A stretch of DNA of 64,000 bases, taken from Callorhinchus milii. Its lineage: Eukaryota. The notes under the pieces were generated by a model, which was not told the DNA's origin, ran no database searches, and worked only from the letters and a program-made list of their open reading frames with translations. Of this stretch, positions 1-12,186 are shown piece by piece. Both the position numbers and the translations under genes were made by a program. The stretch is taken from positions 47,370,001 through 47,434,000 of the forward strand of contig NW_024704742.1 of assembly GCF_018977255.1 (NCBI RefSeq), given 5' to 3'. The number at the start of each line of letters is the position of its first letter. The stretch's first letter is position 1.

Positions 1-1752
1 CTTGTGCTAAATCATCATCTTGGGTTTTTGTATCTCCATCCCATTTTAGTAATCCAGCACACATCCAGAAAGTTATTTCCAATTTTTTTTAAAAAAATGC
101 CATTGTTGTCAAAAACTAAATCTCAGAATATTTCAGTTAATGATGGTATTCAGAACCATTACGGAATAGTTCAATGTCATTGGCAAACCATGATGTAAGA
201 TATACAGAAAGAAGCTTTTTGAGCCCAATCCACATTATGGCACAGAGACTTGGAGACTTCATATCAAAATACTTGAACTTCTTTCTTATGGTTTTAGACC
301 TAAGCAAAATTATTTTACTTGTGCATTTTTTAGCCATTGTACACATACCTCATATTTTAACATTCGGAGAGGAATTTCATTCTAGGGATGTATATTGGCC
401 AAGCATTGTAAAAGAGTACAGGAAACCAAGGCATAATTCCTTAGAGATTTACCTGAAAGGGTTGTTAATTTGTGGGTTGTGTTAATTAACTCCATGTAAA
501 CGCATGAGAATTGCATTTAATTATGTAGTTGATGCATTGAGAGCTGTTTACAAAATCACCTATAATCCTTTTCATTGGTTAATTATGGTTGTTTCATTTG
601 CTCTTTACATGTGGTTTTGCACATAGTTCAGACAACATGCAAATTAGATCCCAGAAAAGGGAATGAAGCCTCGGGAAAGGGAGCAATATCAGGTATTCTC
701 CCCATGTTTCCTATAATTAAGTACAAAATGTTATCAAAATGCTGGTCTGAATCCTAGTGGTAGAGATTTCAGATAAATGTACACCCCAATAAGGATAAGA
801 TGATTAACTGTGTTTTATTAGCCATTGGGATTGAAGTGCCTACTGATGATCAATATGGCCCGCACTGTTAAGTGCAAGGCGGAGCCCATAATACTGTAAT
901 TCAAACAAGCAACATATTTTGGCCCAAAATATTAAAAACCTGTTAAAATGCGATTGTTATGGAATTGATGCCAATTAAAGTGGAAGATAATGGAAAACAA
1001 TAGTTTGCAACCCTACTTAATTCGGTCTGTTCAGCAGTTTAATGTGGGTAATACAATTAAGGCATCACCTCTACTGGTTCCAGTATTTATTTTATTCTTA
1101 GTGCTGCTTAGCCAAAGTTGTGATGCAACATAGAAGCTTCACATAATACTTCCTGATCAGAGGTCAAGTTGGGGAATGATGTTTTCAGTCTATTGATTGA
1201 AGTAGCACTCTTCTGAATGTATTATAACTAATAAAATTGTCTTTGTTAAAAAGGTACAGAAGTCTTCTTGTCCACATGGTATACTGGTATACTTTTAGTT
1301 TAGCAAAACATTTTAAAATGATTACTATTGAAACCTGACCAGAGACTGAATGTACATACTTTGTTAAAAATGAAAGGATAAATACGTAGTGAGCAGGTCT
1401 GAGAAGGTGCTAGATAGATAAATAAGTGTTTTCAAAATTGAGGCCCAGAGATACAAAAAATATAAGGCACCATTTGCATTCACCTAAACAGGCCCGCTCC
1501 AACTAACTGGTAATGTAACTCATTGTTTGATGTGCTTTGATGTGAACACGAGTGTGATAGTGTAGTGAATTCTTTTGTGCACCCTTCATTGCAACTTTAG
1601 TGCATCAATTCCAGTGTTGCGCAGAGCAGGAGCAAGCCATGCTGTATAGTTCTTGGCTAGTGACACACATTCAACATGTTCCCACAAAGCTCTGACAGTT
1701 TGAATCAGTTCATTGCGCATTGCATTTTATTATATTTAATTATTCACTAAAA

Positions 1753-2820
1753 TAGAGTAGGGATAAACAGATCCTTCTCAGATTGGTGGGATGTGACTAG
1801 TGGAGTGCCACAAGGATCAGTGCTTGAGCCTCAACTATTTACAATCTATATCAATGATCTAGACAAGGACATAGAACTTAAAATATCTAAATTTGCGGAT
1901 GATACTAAGCTAGGTGGGAGAGTAAACTCTGAGGATGACACAAAAAGATTGCAAAGGGATATAGATAGACTAGGTGAATGGGCAAGAAGGTGGCAGATAG
2001 AATATAATGTGGGGAAGTGTGAAATTATTCACCTGGGTAGTAAAAATAGAAAAGCAGATTATTTTCTAGAAGAGGAGAGACTAGATAGTATTAGTGTTCA
2101 GAAGGATTTGGATGTCCTTGTACACCAGTCACAAAAAGTTAGTATGTAGGTACAACAAGCAACTAGGAAGGCTAATCGCATGTTGCCATTTATTGCAAAA
2201 GGGTTAGAATTCAAGAGTAGGGAAGTCTTGCTGCAGTTGCATAAGGCCTTGGTGAGACCGCACCTAGAATATTGTGTGCAGTTTTGGTCTCCTTATTTAA
2301 GAAAGGACATAAACGCCTTAGGGGGGGGGCGGCGTACATTCACTAGGTTGGTTCCTGGGATGAAGGGGTTGACCTATGAGGAGAGATTGAGTAAACTAGG
2401 CCTATATTCTCTAGAATATAGAAGAATTAGCGGTGATCTTTTAGAAATATATAAGATTCTTATGGGGCTTGACAGAGTAGACAGTGTGAGATTGTTTCCC
2501 CTGATAGGAGAAACTAGAACTAGGGGTCACAGTCTTAAGATTAAGGGACAGCCCATTCGAACAGAGTTAAGGAAACACCTCTTCACTCAGAGGGTAATGA
2601 ATTCATGGAATTCTCTACCCCAGAAAGCTGTAGATGCTCAGTCCTTGAACATATCCAAGACTGAGATTGATGGATTTCTAAAGGATAGAGGGATTAAGGG
2701 ATATGGGGATAAGGCGGGCAGATGTAGTTAGGTTACAAGATCAACCATGATCTTATTGAATGGCGGGGCAGGCTCGAGGGGCCGAATGGCCTACTCCTGC
2801 TCCTAATTCCTATGTTCCTA
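1753..2820 (+). mobile_element. CR1 LINE, 5'-truncated (RT domain C-terminal half + 3' UTR), broken by a stop codon
   Basis: ORFs 1793-2149 and 2180-2731 contain [32 protein letters not shown] and TRGHSLK, all CR1 ORF2 motifs. TAG at 2147-2149 interrupts the frame. Ends with GGCCGAATGGCCTACTCCTGCTCCTA and an (TTCCTATG)-type tail. Confidence 0.95.
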
Positions 2821-3809
2821 ATGTGAAGAATTGCAATTGTTTAGTGACTCAATGGGTTTCTGCTTCATTAGCACATAAGCAATCACCAAAATGTGAGATT
2901 CATCTCTTTCTGAAATGGAATCAGGAGCTGTGTGATATTTAAACAATTAGTGGCAGGTTACACGGATGGGTAACAGGACTCAATGTTAAAATCAAATGTT
3001 GCAGCTGTAAGCCTGGTTCGAGAACGTACCTGTACTAGGTACTGCATTGAATTTCACTGCTGAATCCATGCCGCCATATTCAACTTACACTGTCCTGTCA
3101 TGGGCAAGTGTTTCATTTTAAAACTATTTGAGTTACAGTAAACCAGAGTTTAAGTTAGTGAATGATATTTTTATAAATCTCTGTCGTGAGGCCATTTGCC
3201 AAGGTTCTTTTCGGTTGCAAGATAACATCTTGAATTGCCTCGTAATGGACTAGTGTTTATAAATGAATAACTGGTCCTAAGCTTAATGGCATTAAACCCT
3301 GGGTATATGAATGGTGAGAAAAATATTTGGAAGTTAAAACAATATGACTGTGTCCTTTACTTTCAGAAATTCAAGAGTAGGATGCAGAAAAGCACCTGTC
3401 TAAGTGCACAACCACAGTAACACATTTCTTAAATCGAAAGTTTAATGAATAAATTGAATTTGACTCACTGTTTACAAAAAAAGCTCTTGCAGATTTTCTT
3501 TGCCTCCACTAGTATATTCATTATGAGATTGAAATTGTCAGATTCACTGCCAAACATCCTTTTTTAAAAAAAGATTATTAAAACAAATTGCAATCCCCGA
3601 AACCATTTTGTGCTGGCACTGTATTTTGTTGGACTTTGGGCCCTTTTCTTAGCTATGAAAAAAGCCCAAAAGCAAAACATTCATCACTATCAGGATCTCA
3701 GTTTGCGAATACCACCTTTCGACCACAATAACTTTCCCAGCTCCACATATTTCACATAATCTATTTGTCCAAACACCTTACCCACTTATTGTTCCATTTC
3801 TCTTTCTTT

Positions 3810-4175
3810 ACAGTGTCTTGGAATCACATGGTATAAGATGAAACTCCAATGCAATCCTGGGGCTGTGTTGCATTGTCGGACGTGTCGTCCTTCAGATGAT
3901 ACATTAAACCGAAGTCCTGTCTGCCTGTTCAGGTACATGTTGAAGAACCCATGGCACTATTCGAAAAGAGCAAGGAATTTCTCACAGTATAATGGCCAAC
4001 AATCCCCCAAATAAAATTGGGCACTCAATCTACGAACATTTGTGGGGCACTGATGTTCCGCATAAAGAGTGCTATATACATAAAAATTATTGTTGTGTGT
4101 GCAATTGACTACCACAATTCTCCCATAAAATACACAGCCAATCCTCTTTACAATATACTCTGAAAAGTACTTTGT
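3810..4175 (+). mobile_element. Old DeuSINE-like (SacSINE1-like) SINE, degenerate
   Basis: Contains CAGATGATACATTAAACCGAAGTCCTGTCTGCCTGTTCAGGT...CCCATGGCACTATTCGAAAAGA, which recurs many times in the window. Family name is from recalled consensus. Confidence 0.7.
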
Positions 4176-4629
4176 AGAGGGCACAAGAATCTCAGGGCAG
4201 GAAGGCTCGAGGGGGGGTGGAGCCTGTGCCTTAAGGAGGTGATGACTCACTCTCTCTCCCCCCCACCTTCTTGGTGCTGGACTGAGAAGGGCGGAGACCC
4301 TGACGCAGGGCAAGGGAGCGTGAAGCCTGGGCCACGTGGCTGGATAATGGTTAGAGCGGGAGGTGGATTGCAAGTGCGTAGCTCTGTAATAAAGGAGGTA
4401 GGCATCAACCACAAGCCCAAGTGCCTGCGCCTCTCCCTGGTTGTTGTGCTGTTCCCCCCACCCACCGAGATCGGATCTGGGTTTCAGTGAGAGTCTCCCT
4501 ATGCGTCTGTATCTGCTGGGTTTGGGGGTCTTTGTCACAGTATTAAACCAATCTGCTCACTCTAGATTTCCCCATAATTTGTTGCCTACCCCTCTCAAAT
4601 GTTATTATTCATTGGATGAAAGATATAAT

Positions 4630-5250
4630 AAATAATCCTTGCATTTGATATAGCGACTTTCATGTCAAGGGGAAGGTCTCAAAGTGCTACCCAGGTTATA
4701 CTGTAATGTGTAGTGACTATTTATTTGTATGTGAACGTGTGAACTAATTTGTGCACAACAATGTCCCACAAATTGAATGACCGGTTTTATTTGGAGGATT
4801 GTTGGCCAGGACACTCGCTTCTCTTTTTGAGCAATGCCAAGGGATCTTTTACGGTGGAGTCCTGTAGCTCAGTGGTTAGAGCACTCGCCTTGCAAGCGAG
4901 ACACCTGGATTCAATTCCCTGCAGGGCGAAACCTTGGGCAAGTTTCCTTACTCCACACGCCTAATAATAATCCCTCCAAAACCAAAAACAATAATAAATT
5001 GGTCATTTTCAATCTACGACTGTTTGTGGGACATTGCTGTGCGCAATTGGCTGCCGCGTTCGCCCACAAATATACAGTCAATTCACTTTACAGTGTGTTC
5101 TGTGAAGCGCTTTGGGACGTCCTCCCGATGTGAAAAGCACTATATCAAATGCAAGGATTATTATTACGTCCACTTGAACAGGCAGACGGGACTTGTTTTA
5201 ATGTCTCATCCAAAGGTCTATACCTACAACAATGCAACACAACCTTAACA
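4630..5250 (-). mobile_element. Old DeuSINE-like SINE, interrupted by the young SINE at 4854-5166
   Basis: Antisense tail AATAATCCTTGCATTTGATATAGC at 4631. The body GGGATCTTTTAC resumes as GTCCACTTGAACAGGCAGACGGG after 5166. Confidence 0.75.
4854..5166 (+). mobile_element. Young tRNA-derived SINE, short variant, with L2-like 3' tail
   Basis: Head GGAGTCCTGTAGCTCAGTGGTTAGAGCACTCGCCTTGCAAG with A/B-box-like motifs. Tail GCGCTTTGGGACGTCCTCCCGATGTGAAAAGC...GCAAGG(ATT)n. TTACG lies at both junctions. Confidence 0.92.
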
Positions 5251-5485
5251 ATCCACTAAAGTTTGAGGCAGGTCGGGGGGTTGAGGGGGAAGATGACCAG
5301 CCTTCATTTTTTTAAATGTAGGAAAGTTGGTTGTAATCTTGAAGTACAGTAAAACGTCAATGGTTCCTCAGTGGTCAGTGAATCAGCATTAAGTTCCACA
5401 CACATACACCCAGAGACGTACTGTTCTCCCCAGCCCTGTGCAAGAATTATTCAGATAGGCCAATGAACTCTGTTTTTTCCCATTT

Positions 5486-5818
5486 GTGGAGTCCTGTAGC
5501 TCAGTGGTTAGAGCACTCGCTTTGCAAGTGAGAGACCTGAGTTCAATTCCAGGCAGGGAGAAACCTTGGGCAAGTTTCCTTACTCCACACACAGCCTAAT
5601 AATAATCCCTCCAAAAAACCAAAAACAATAATTAAATTGGTCATTTTCAATCTACGACTGTTTGTGGGATATTGCTGTGCACAATTGGCTGCCGTGTTCG
5701 CCCACAAATATACAGTCAATTCACTTTACAGTGTGTTCTGTGAAGCGCTTTGGGACGTCCTCCTGACGTGAAAAGCGCTATATCAAATGCAAGGATTATT
5801 ATTATAAGGATTATTATT
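5486..5818 (+). mobile_element. Young tRNA-derived SINE, short variant
   Basis: Near-identical to 4854-5166, with a duplicated AAGGATTATTATT tail. Confidence 0.92.
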
Positions 5819-6644
5819 AAATCACTCTACAGGTTGAAGCAGCGTCAGTGCTTTTCTAGTATAAAAAGGGCATAAGTGACTGACTGGGCTGTTAATCTAT
5901 AATGTTCCTACGTTTTTGGACCTGTTCCAGGCATTAATATTCCTGAAGTAAACCAATTGAAAAGCTTCTCCAGATTACAAGTAGTTATTTGATACAGGTT
6001 GTATGGAGTTCATCGCAAATGATGTACCAATGAGGGCAAGTTACGAGGATGATGGGAGGTGGAGAAATTTTCCTGATATTAGTTTCACATAAAACCTAAA
6101 ACCTGTTATTGACCATAAACTGCTAAAGTTGTATTGACTTACATAGCCTAAAATGCAATGTGTTGCTTACAATATCCAGTTGCTCTCTTTTGTGAGCTAA
6201 ATGATTTACAGCCCACACAAGTAGCCTGATACTCTGCTTTGGTGATTCAACACATGATTGCAGAGTTACCACCACACCTGCAAAACAGGGAGAGAAACTT
6301 CCTCATGATACCTGGTTTCCATATTCTTACTGTTTCATTGTTTTGTAACTGCTTTTTGGTGTTTTTATGACACGATGGCACTTCCCAGCAGAAAAGTGGA
6401 ACTTATTCATATTGGACGAGACCTCAGTGTACGAGTGCATATTCCATTCAAATAAATATCTCAGGAATTTTCATGTGTAGGGTGGAATGCATGGAACTCT
6501 TATTTGGTTTGGCTACTCATAAGCATGGTGAACTGTTTCTGCATGTGTCAAACACCCGGCTGATCTCAGTGTACTAATACATGGATTTTTAAAGCAGGGC
6601 GTGCGGGTGGAAAACCACAAAACATTTAAGTTTTATTTATTTAG

Positions 6645-6830
6645 TATATATAAATAGGAATTGAAATTAAAGAGTAAGGAAGTAATGTTAACTTTGTATA
6701 AGGTTAGCTGCAGTTGAGGGTTTTATGTCCAGATTTTAGCATTGTTATAGCTATGGAGAGAATACAGTGGAGATTCATAAGGATGATACCAGGGATGAGA
6801 GATTAGTTAGGTGGAAAGGGTGAAAATATC
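6645..6830 (+). mobile_element. Degenerate CR1 fragment
   Basis: GGAATTGAAATTAAAGAGTAAGGAAGTAATGTTAACTTTGTATAAG...AGATTCATAAGGATGATACCAGGGATGAGA parallels 2200-2370. Confidence 0.6.
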
Positions 6831-6860
6831 AGACTGTTACCAATGAAAATAAGATAATAC

Positions 6861-7228
6861 AATAATAATAATCCTTGCATTTGATGTAGCGCTTTTCACG
6901 TCTTTTGACGTCTCAAAGCGCTTCACAGAATAATAATAATAATAATCCTTGCATTTAATATAGCGCTTTTCACGTCGGAAGGACATCCCAAAGCGCTTCA
7001 CAGAACACACTGTAAAGTGAATTGACTGTATTTTGTAGGTGAAATGTGGCAGTCAATTGCGCACAGCAATGTCCCACAAACAGTCGTGGATTGAAAATGA
7101 CCAATTTATTATTGTTTTGATTTGGAGGGAGTAAGGAAACTTGCCCAAGGTTTCGCCCTGCCTGGAATTGAACCCAGGTGTCTCGCTTGCAAGGCGAGTG
7201 CTCTAACCACTGAGCTACAGGACTCCAC
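6861..7228 (-). mobile_element. Young tRNA SINE (6929-7228) plus a second SINE 3' tail fragment in tandem (6861-6930)
   Basis: Reverse complement of the SINE head ends at 7228 (CTGAGCTACAGGACTCCAC). Two successive AATAATAATCCTTGCATTT tails are present. Confidence 0.9.
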
Positions 7229-7679
7229 TAAATACTTATGAAGCAAAATAATGTCAAGAATATGGAGACATGCACGGAATAGATTAAGAGCAAATAGCAC
7301 CAGGACGGGATTTTGGATCAGCTCTGCACTTGATGGGCTGTATAGCCAACTGTGCTGTAAATGTTTCATAATTGTATATGTTCCATCTGATGGTCAGTGA
7401 AATTGTTGCAAAAGAAGTGCAGGGCAATCGTAAAGAGATCGAGGTTTATGTTGGGATTCATCCTATTCCAAGGTGTAAAATTGATCTGGATCTTCAGGCT
7501 TTGCGCATGGTAGCTAAGCTTGTAGAAGTAGCTTGTCTCTACTTTGGGGGGAGCAGCATATTGCAAAGAAAGCTTGGAAAAAATAGATCTCCAAGGGAAT
7601 CTTATGGAAATTCAAAAAAAAAATACCAGATAGCTAACAGTTTCAGATAAACAAGAAGTTACTGATTCAGGGTTCTAGA

Positions 7680-7822
7680 TAACACTTTAGATAGGTATTT
7701 GTTAGGTCAGGTATTAAGGGATATGGGGCAACTGGACTTGAGGTACAGATCAGCCACGATCTTATAAAATGGCGGAACAGGTTTGAGAGGCTGAATAGCC
7801 TACTCTATTTCTATGGTTCTAA
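7680..7822 (+). mobile_element. CR1 3' end fragment
   Basis: GATCAGCCACGATCTTATAAAATGGCGGAACAGG...GGCTGAATAGCCTACTC matches the CR1 3' UTR at 2740-2820. Confidence 0.8.
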
Positions 7823-7855
7823 CATGTTTTGGACAGACACTAGGAACTTTTAAAA

Positions 7856-8245
7856 ACAAAAACAGAAGTCGCTGGGAACACTCAGCAGGTCAGGCAACAT
7901 CTATGGAGAAAGGAAAGTGAGTCAACATTTCGGGTCCACGACCTTTCCTCAGAAGTGGGGAGGAAGAGACTTTTAAGCACTAACAGAGAGGGGGGAGGCA
8001 GGAAAGACAAAGGAGAAAATGAGGTAAAGGACAGGGGATGATGGGTTAAAGAGGTGTTAATGATGCAAAACAAAGGAGGGATTGCAACAAAACAGGGGAA
8101 AGAGGTACTAATAATGCAAAACAAAGTGGGAGGTGGAAATTGCAACCAAACAGGCAGACTAGAGAGAGAAAAGATGTGTGGGACCCAGATGATGTGGTAA
8201 TGGTCACAGAGGAGGGGGAAAGTGAGCTGTTATGTTCTGAAATTA
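7856..8245 (-). mobile_element. Penelope-like element terminal repeat fragment with hammerhead-like core
   Basis: Minus strand reads CTGAGGA-aaGGTCgtgGACCc-GAAA-TGTTGACTC, followed by ...CCTGACCTGCTGAGTGTTCCCAGC. Homologous to 8727-9530. Penelope assignment is from recalled fish/shark PLE ends. Confidence 0.7.
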
Positions 8246-8608
8246 TTTAAATTAATTTCAATACTAGGAATTATTCCTTTGCATAGCTGGACAAGCAGTA
8301 AGAAGCTTGCAGATAGTATTTTCAATGGCAAAGTGATCGCGATGTGAAAGGCACTTGTAATTTGTAATTTGTTGCTGTTGCTTTTAGCTGGTTAAACTCA
8401 AGCAGTACCCCCAACAAATGCTCTGGTGTCCCCAGGTTTGGGCTTTTGCCAACCTACGCCTAATGCACTCCAAGATTATGTATCCCCCCAGATAACGAGT
8501 GTACCTTTCCATTCCAAACATTAAAAATTTCTATATGTAGATGGCATGCAGGAAGCTCTGTCTGGTTTGGATACTCTGAAGCATGGCAATAATTATTCTA
8601 CATACTTG

Positions 8609-8665
8609 GGAGTCCTGTAGCTCAGTGGTTAGAGCACTCGCCTCACAAGCAAGAGACCTGGATTT
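8609..8665 (+). mobile_element. Isolated tRNA-like SINE head
   Basis: GGAGTCCTGTAGCTCAGTGGTTAGAGCACTCGCCTCACAAGCAAGAGACCTGG with no SINE body following. Confidence 0.8.
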
Positions 8666-8726
8666 GCATCTAATTAATTGGCCAGTAGACATCAAAGACT
8701 TACTGCACAGTGGATTAGAGATACTG

Positions 8727-9530
8727 AAACAAAAATAAAAGTTGCTGGTAATACTCAGCAGGTCAGGCAGCATTTATGGAGAAAAGAAAGTGAGTCAATG
8801 TTTCGGGTCCATGACCCTTCATCAGAAGTGGGGCGTGTTGGGATGGAGAGGCTCTGGAACTCCATCCCCCAGTGCCTTCGCCTTGCTTCCTCCCTCTCCT
8901 CCTTCAAGGCCGGTCTCAAAACCTTTCTCTTTGACCGAACCTTCAGCTCCCCTCTCGACTCTCTTCCCCCTTCTCGCTCCCTCCCATCCCTCCCCTCACC
9001 CTGACCATTTCCCCCCTGCTCGGGTCATGACCCAACTGTGCAGCGCCTTGGGACGTCCTCCTGACGTGAAAGGTGCTTTATAAATGGAATCTTGTTGTTG
9101 TTGTTGTTGTTGGTGTTGTTTTAGGGACTAACAGAGAGGGGGGAGACAGGGCAAGGAAGACAAAGGAGAAAATGGGGTCGAGGACAGGGGGTGATGGGTT
9201 AAAGAGGTGTTAATGATGTAAAACCACATCATCTGGGTCTCAGACACACCTTTTCTCTCTCTGGTCTTCTGGTATTGTTGCAATTCCCCTACCCCTTTGT
9301 TTTGCATTATTACCACCTCTTTTCCTTTGTTTTGTTGCAATCCCCCATTTTGGTAACCCTTAAAAACTTCTCCCCCCCCAACATGCGCCAGTTCTGACAA
9401 AGGGTTATGGACCCAAAACATTGACTCATTTTCCTTTCTCCATAGATGCTGCCTGACCTGCTGAGTGTTCCCAGGAACTTCTGTTTTTGTTTCAGATTTC
9501 TAACATCTGCAATATTTTGCGTTTTGGGTT
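8727..9530. mobile_element. Penelope-like element with inverted terminal arms, interrupted by an L2 3' fragment
   Basis: Minus arm is 8727-8847 plus 9125-9223; plus arm is 9224-9530. Both align by eye to 7856-8245. Confidence 0.7.
8848..9121 (+). mobile_element. L2 LINE 3' end fragment
   Basis: Translates LWNSIPQCLRLASSLSSFKAGLKTFLF. Its 3' UTR and (TTG)n tail are nearly identical to 53463-53720. Confidence 0.92.
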
Positions 9531-10585
9531 AGAAATACTAATAGTTTGCTGAAGGTTTTACCAATAGCGATTCAGTGTCACTAACATGGAAGCTAACCAC
9601 TATCCAGCCTTAACATCACAGCCCAGCCCCAAAACATTCGGAAGTAAATCATAGAATTTCCGCAAATTGTACAGCAGGTTATAGGCAAGATTCTCCATTA
9701 GCGTTGCTACAAGGATTTACCTGCAAAATATCACTTTACTGCACAACAAACCCTGTGGGGCATTTTGAGACATCTCCTATTGTTAAAAGGCTCGAATTAA
9801 AATGCCAGGATTATTTATTTATTACTATGATATCCTACTGTGAACTGCTGCTCACACCCACCCCCCACCCCATATCATTTTCATCTTTGGTTTGTAAGTA
9901 CAGTCCATTTGTCATTATACCAAAATGCTAGAGAGCTCCAGGTTGCACAAACAGCAGAAAAATAGGAGCAAAGTAAGTAAGTCAGACCCTTGTATTCTAC
10001 TACCAACATAGAACTAAAGAGTATTCCCAACACAAGAGGCCTGCACACAGTTGCTTTAAGCTCCTCCCATTCCATGATCAGGAAAGGCGATCAGACAGAA
10101 CTCACCAAGATATGGCCCTACTCCAGTTTTTTTGTTTTTATTATATCATATAGATGCTGGAGATCAGTTTCCAAGAAAACGTAGTTGCAGTTATACAAAG
10201 TACGATAGCATTTATGGCATGCAACATAGGTAAAACAATTAGATTTAAAAAACGACTATTCCTTTTAACAGGGTGTGACAATGCAATTCCACCCAGAATC
10301 ATCTCACTGCCTTGTAATCTATTCTCAGAATCACGATCATCATCTGCCCCCACCACCTCCACCATTCCCACAGGTGAAGTTAGCCAACCTCGTTGTGGGG
10401 AGGCAAGTTTCTTTAACAATATCAGTAATGTTATTATTAATACTACTAGTAGTATATTATTATTATAGTGTGTGTATGTACGCTACAAATGCTGGTGGGC
10501 AATATTTCTGCTCCACATGACTGAGATCTCACAAACGTTCATTGGGTGTGTTCAAAACTGTGGTAAATTTGAGAAGGCCTGGGAG

Positions 10586-10820
10586 ATTACATAGAATTAC
10601 AGCACAAAAACAGCCTATCTGGCCAATGTTCATGAGCCTCCACCCCTTCTAATTCCCTCTATTCCCTTCTCCCGCGTTTATGGATCAAGTTTCTCTTAAA
10701 TATATTGATGCTTTTTGCTTCAACCGCAGTTTTGGGCAATGAATTCCATATTCTCACCACCCTCTGCATAAACAAGTTCCTCTTAAACTCCCTTTTAGAT
10801 CAGCGAGTGACTATTATATT
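10586..10820 (-). mobile_element. Degenerate CR1 3' fragment
   Basis: ATAGAATTACAGCACAAAAACAG tail and GAATTCCATATTCTCACCACCCTCTGC (antisense of the QRVV..WNS region). Confidence 0.6.
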
Positions 10821-11834
10821 TATACCCCTTTGTTTGGATTCTTGGACACAGGATCTTAACTTGTACTTGGCAGCAGTTTCAAAGTGAGGCTGTTGAACAG
10901 TGAGAAACTGAGAGCAACTCCCTACCATCGGGTACAAACTGACGATCTCTGTTTCATTGTAATTTCTGTACACATTTCTGTGCCAGCATGTCACACTTAG
11001 AAAAAGGGGGAAATTGGTCCCCACAGTTCTTCATTGTGACAGAGGAACAACGATATGTAAACTATACAAAGCCAGACTTCAGAATAACATTTCTACAACA
11101 TTAGTTATCTGCTTCTTAGGAGTCCACCTTTTTGAAGTCATAACAGAATAGATTCGACATAGCACTCAGGCAAACATTTATACCAGTAAGGAATCATTCA
11201 CCAGAAGGTTGATCATGCAAACCAAATCACGTAACTCAGTGTGCAAATCTTCCCAATGTGAAAGGTGTTTTGAAATGTAAGGATTATTATTATTTTTCCA
11301 TACACCAAATCGAAAATAGTATTTCAGATCTGAAATTCACAGCACGCCATATTTTGAGTGTGTGGTTTTATAAAGACACAGTCTTGGATCACAATCAAAA
11401 GTAAAATGAAAACAGCTCTACTGTAGCACATAATCTCAATGAAACCATACTCACACTTAACACCCCTATGTGTTGGATAAATGAGTATGTGCACAACCAT
11501 TCTCAGTAAAAAAAACATTATGTTCATGACATCACCTGGAATTGGAAAGAACTATACAAAATTTCCCCCAAAAACCTTATTGAACAGTTTCCTTCAATTC
11601 AAGGACTTCCTTTTTAAAAAAAAGATGTACACAATGAGTTTTAGTGCCAGTTTATCAATGTACAGTACTTCCAATTGTGACCACATGGCCAAAATGTGAG
11701 CAAAAATAGCAATTATACAAAGCACAATAATATTGTAAAATATGCTACAATTTCCATATGCATTAACAAAACTGTAAATAATAAATTTAAACTCCAGAAT
11801 AAGAGTGGCATATTCTGTTAATATTGCAACATTG

Positions 11835-12186
11835 TCAGCCTGGCTTAGTTGTCATACTCGCTCTTTTGAGTCAGAAGGTTGACTCTCGACTCTCTACCCC
11901 CTCCTCGCTCCCTCCCTTCCCTCTCCTCACCCTGACCACTTTCCCCCTGCTCAGGTCCCAATCCAACTGTCCAGCGTCTTGGGACGTCCTCCCGACGTGA
12001 AAGGCGCTCTATAAATACAATCTTGTTGTTGTTGTGGGTTCAAATCCTATATTGTCACTTTAAACCCAGAATCTAGTCTGACACACCTGGGAGTGATGCA
12101 TTGTCAGTGGTGCCATTCTTCGGATGAGATGCTAAACCAAGGACCTATTTGCCTGTTTGTTCAGATGATGTTAAAGATCCAAAGGT
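11835..12186 (+). mobile_element. Old DeuSINE-like SINE with a nested L2 3' UTR fragment (11881-12035)
   Basis: GAGTCAGAAGGTTG|L2 3' UTR...(TTG)n|TGGGTTCAAATCC: the SINE head is split exactly by the L2 tail. Confidence 0.8.

Noticed and set aside
3957..4538. 193-aa minus-strand ORF
   Set aside because: Spans SINE sequence and a GC-rich ~370 bp tract (possibly a solo LTR, which I could not confirm); not protein-like.
4856..4925. tRNA-Ala-like genes at the SINE heads
   Set aside because: No clear acceptor stem or terminator; each runs into a SINE body, so these are SINE heads and not tRNA genes.
7366..7650. Overlapping ORFs on both strands (92 aa +, 66 aa -)
   Set aside because: No recognisable domain and no convincing splice-site pair; compatible with chance.
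10154..10373. Two possible AG..GT exons (DAGDQFPRKRSCSYTKYDSIYGMQH and a Pro-rich piece)
   Set aside because: The intervening intron would be only ~42 nt and I recognise no protein; needs RNA-seq or BLASTx.
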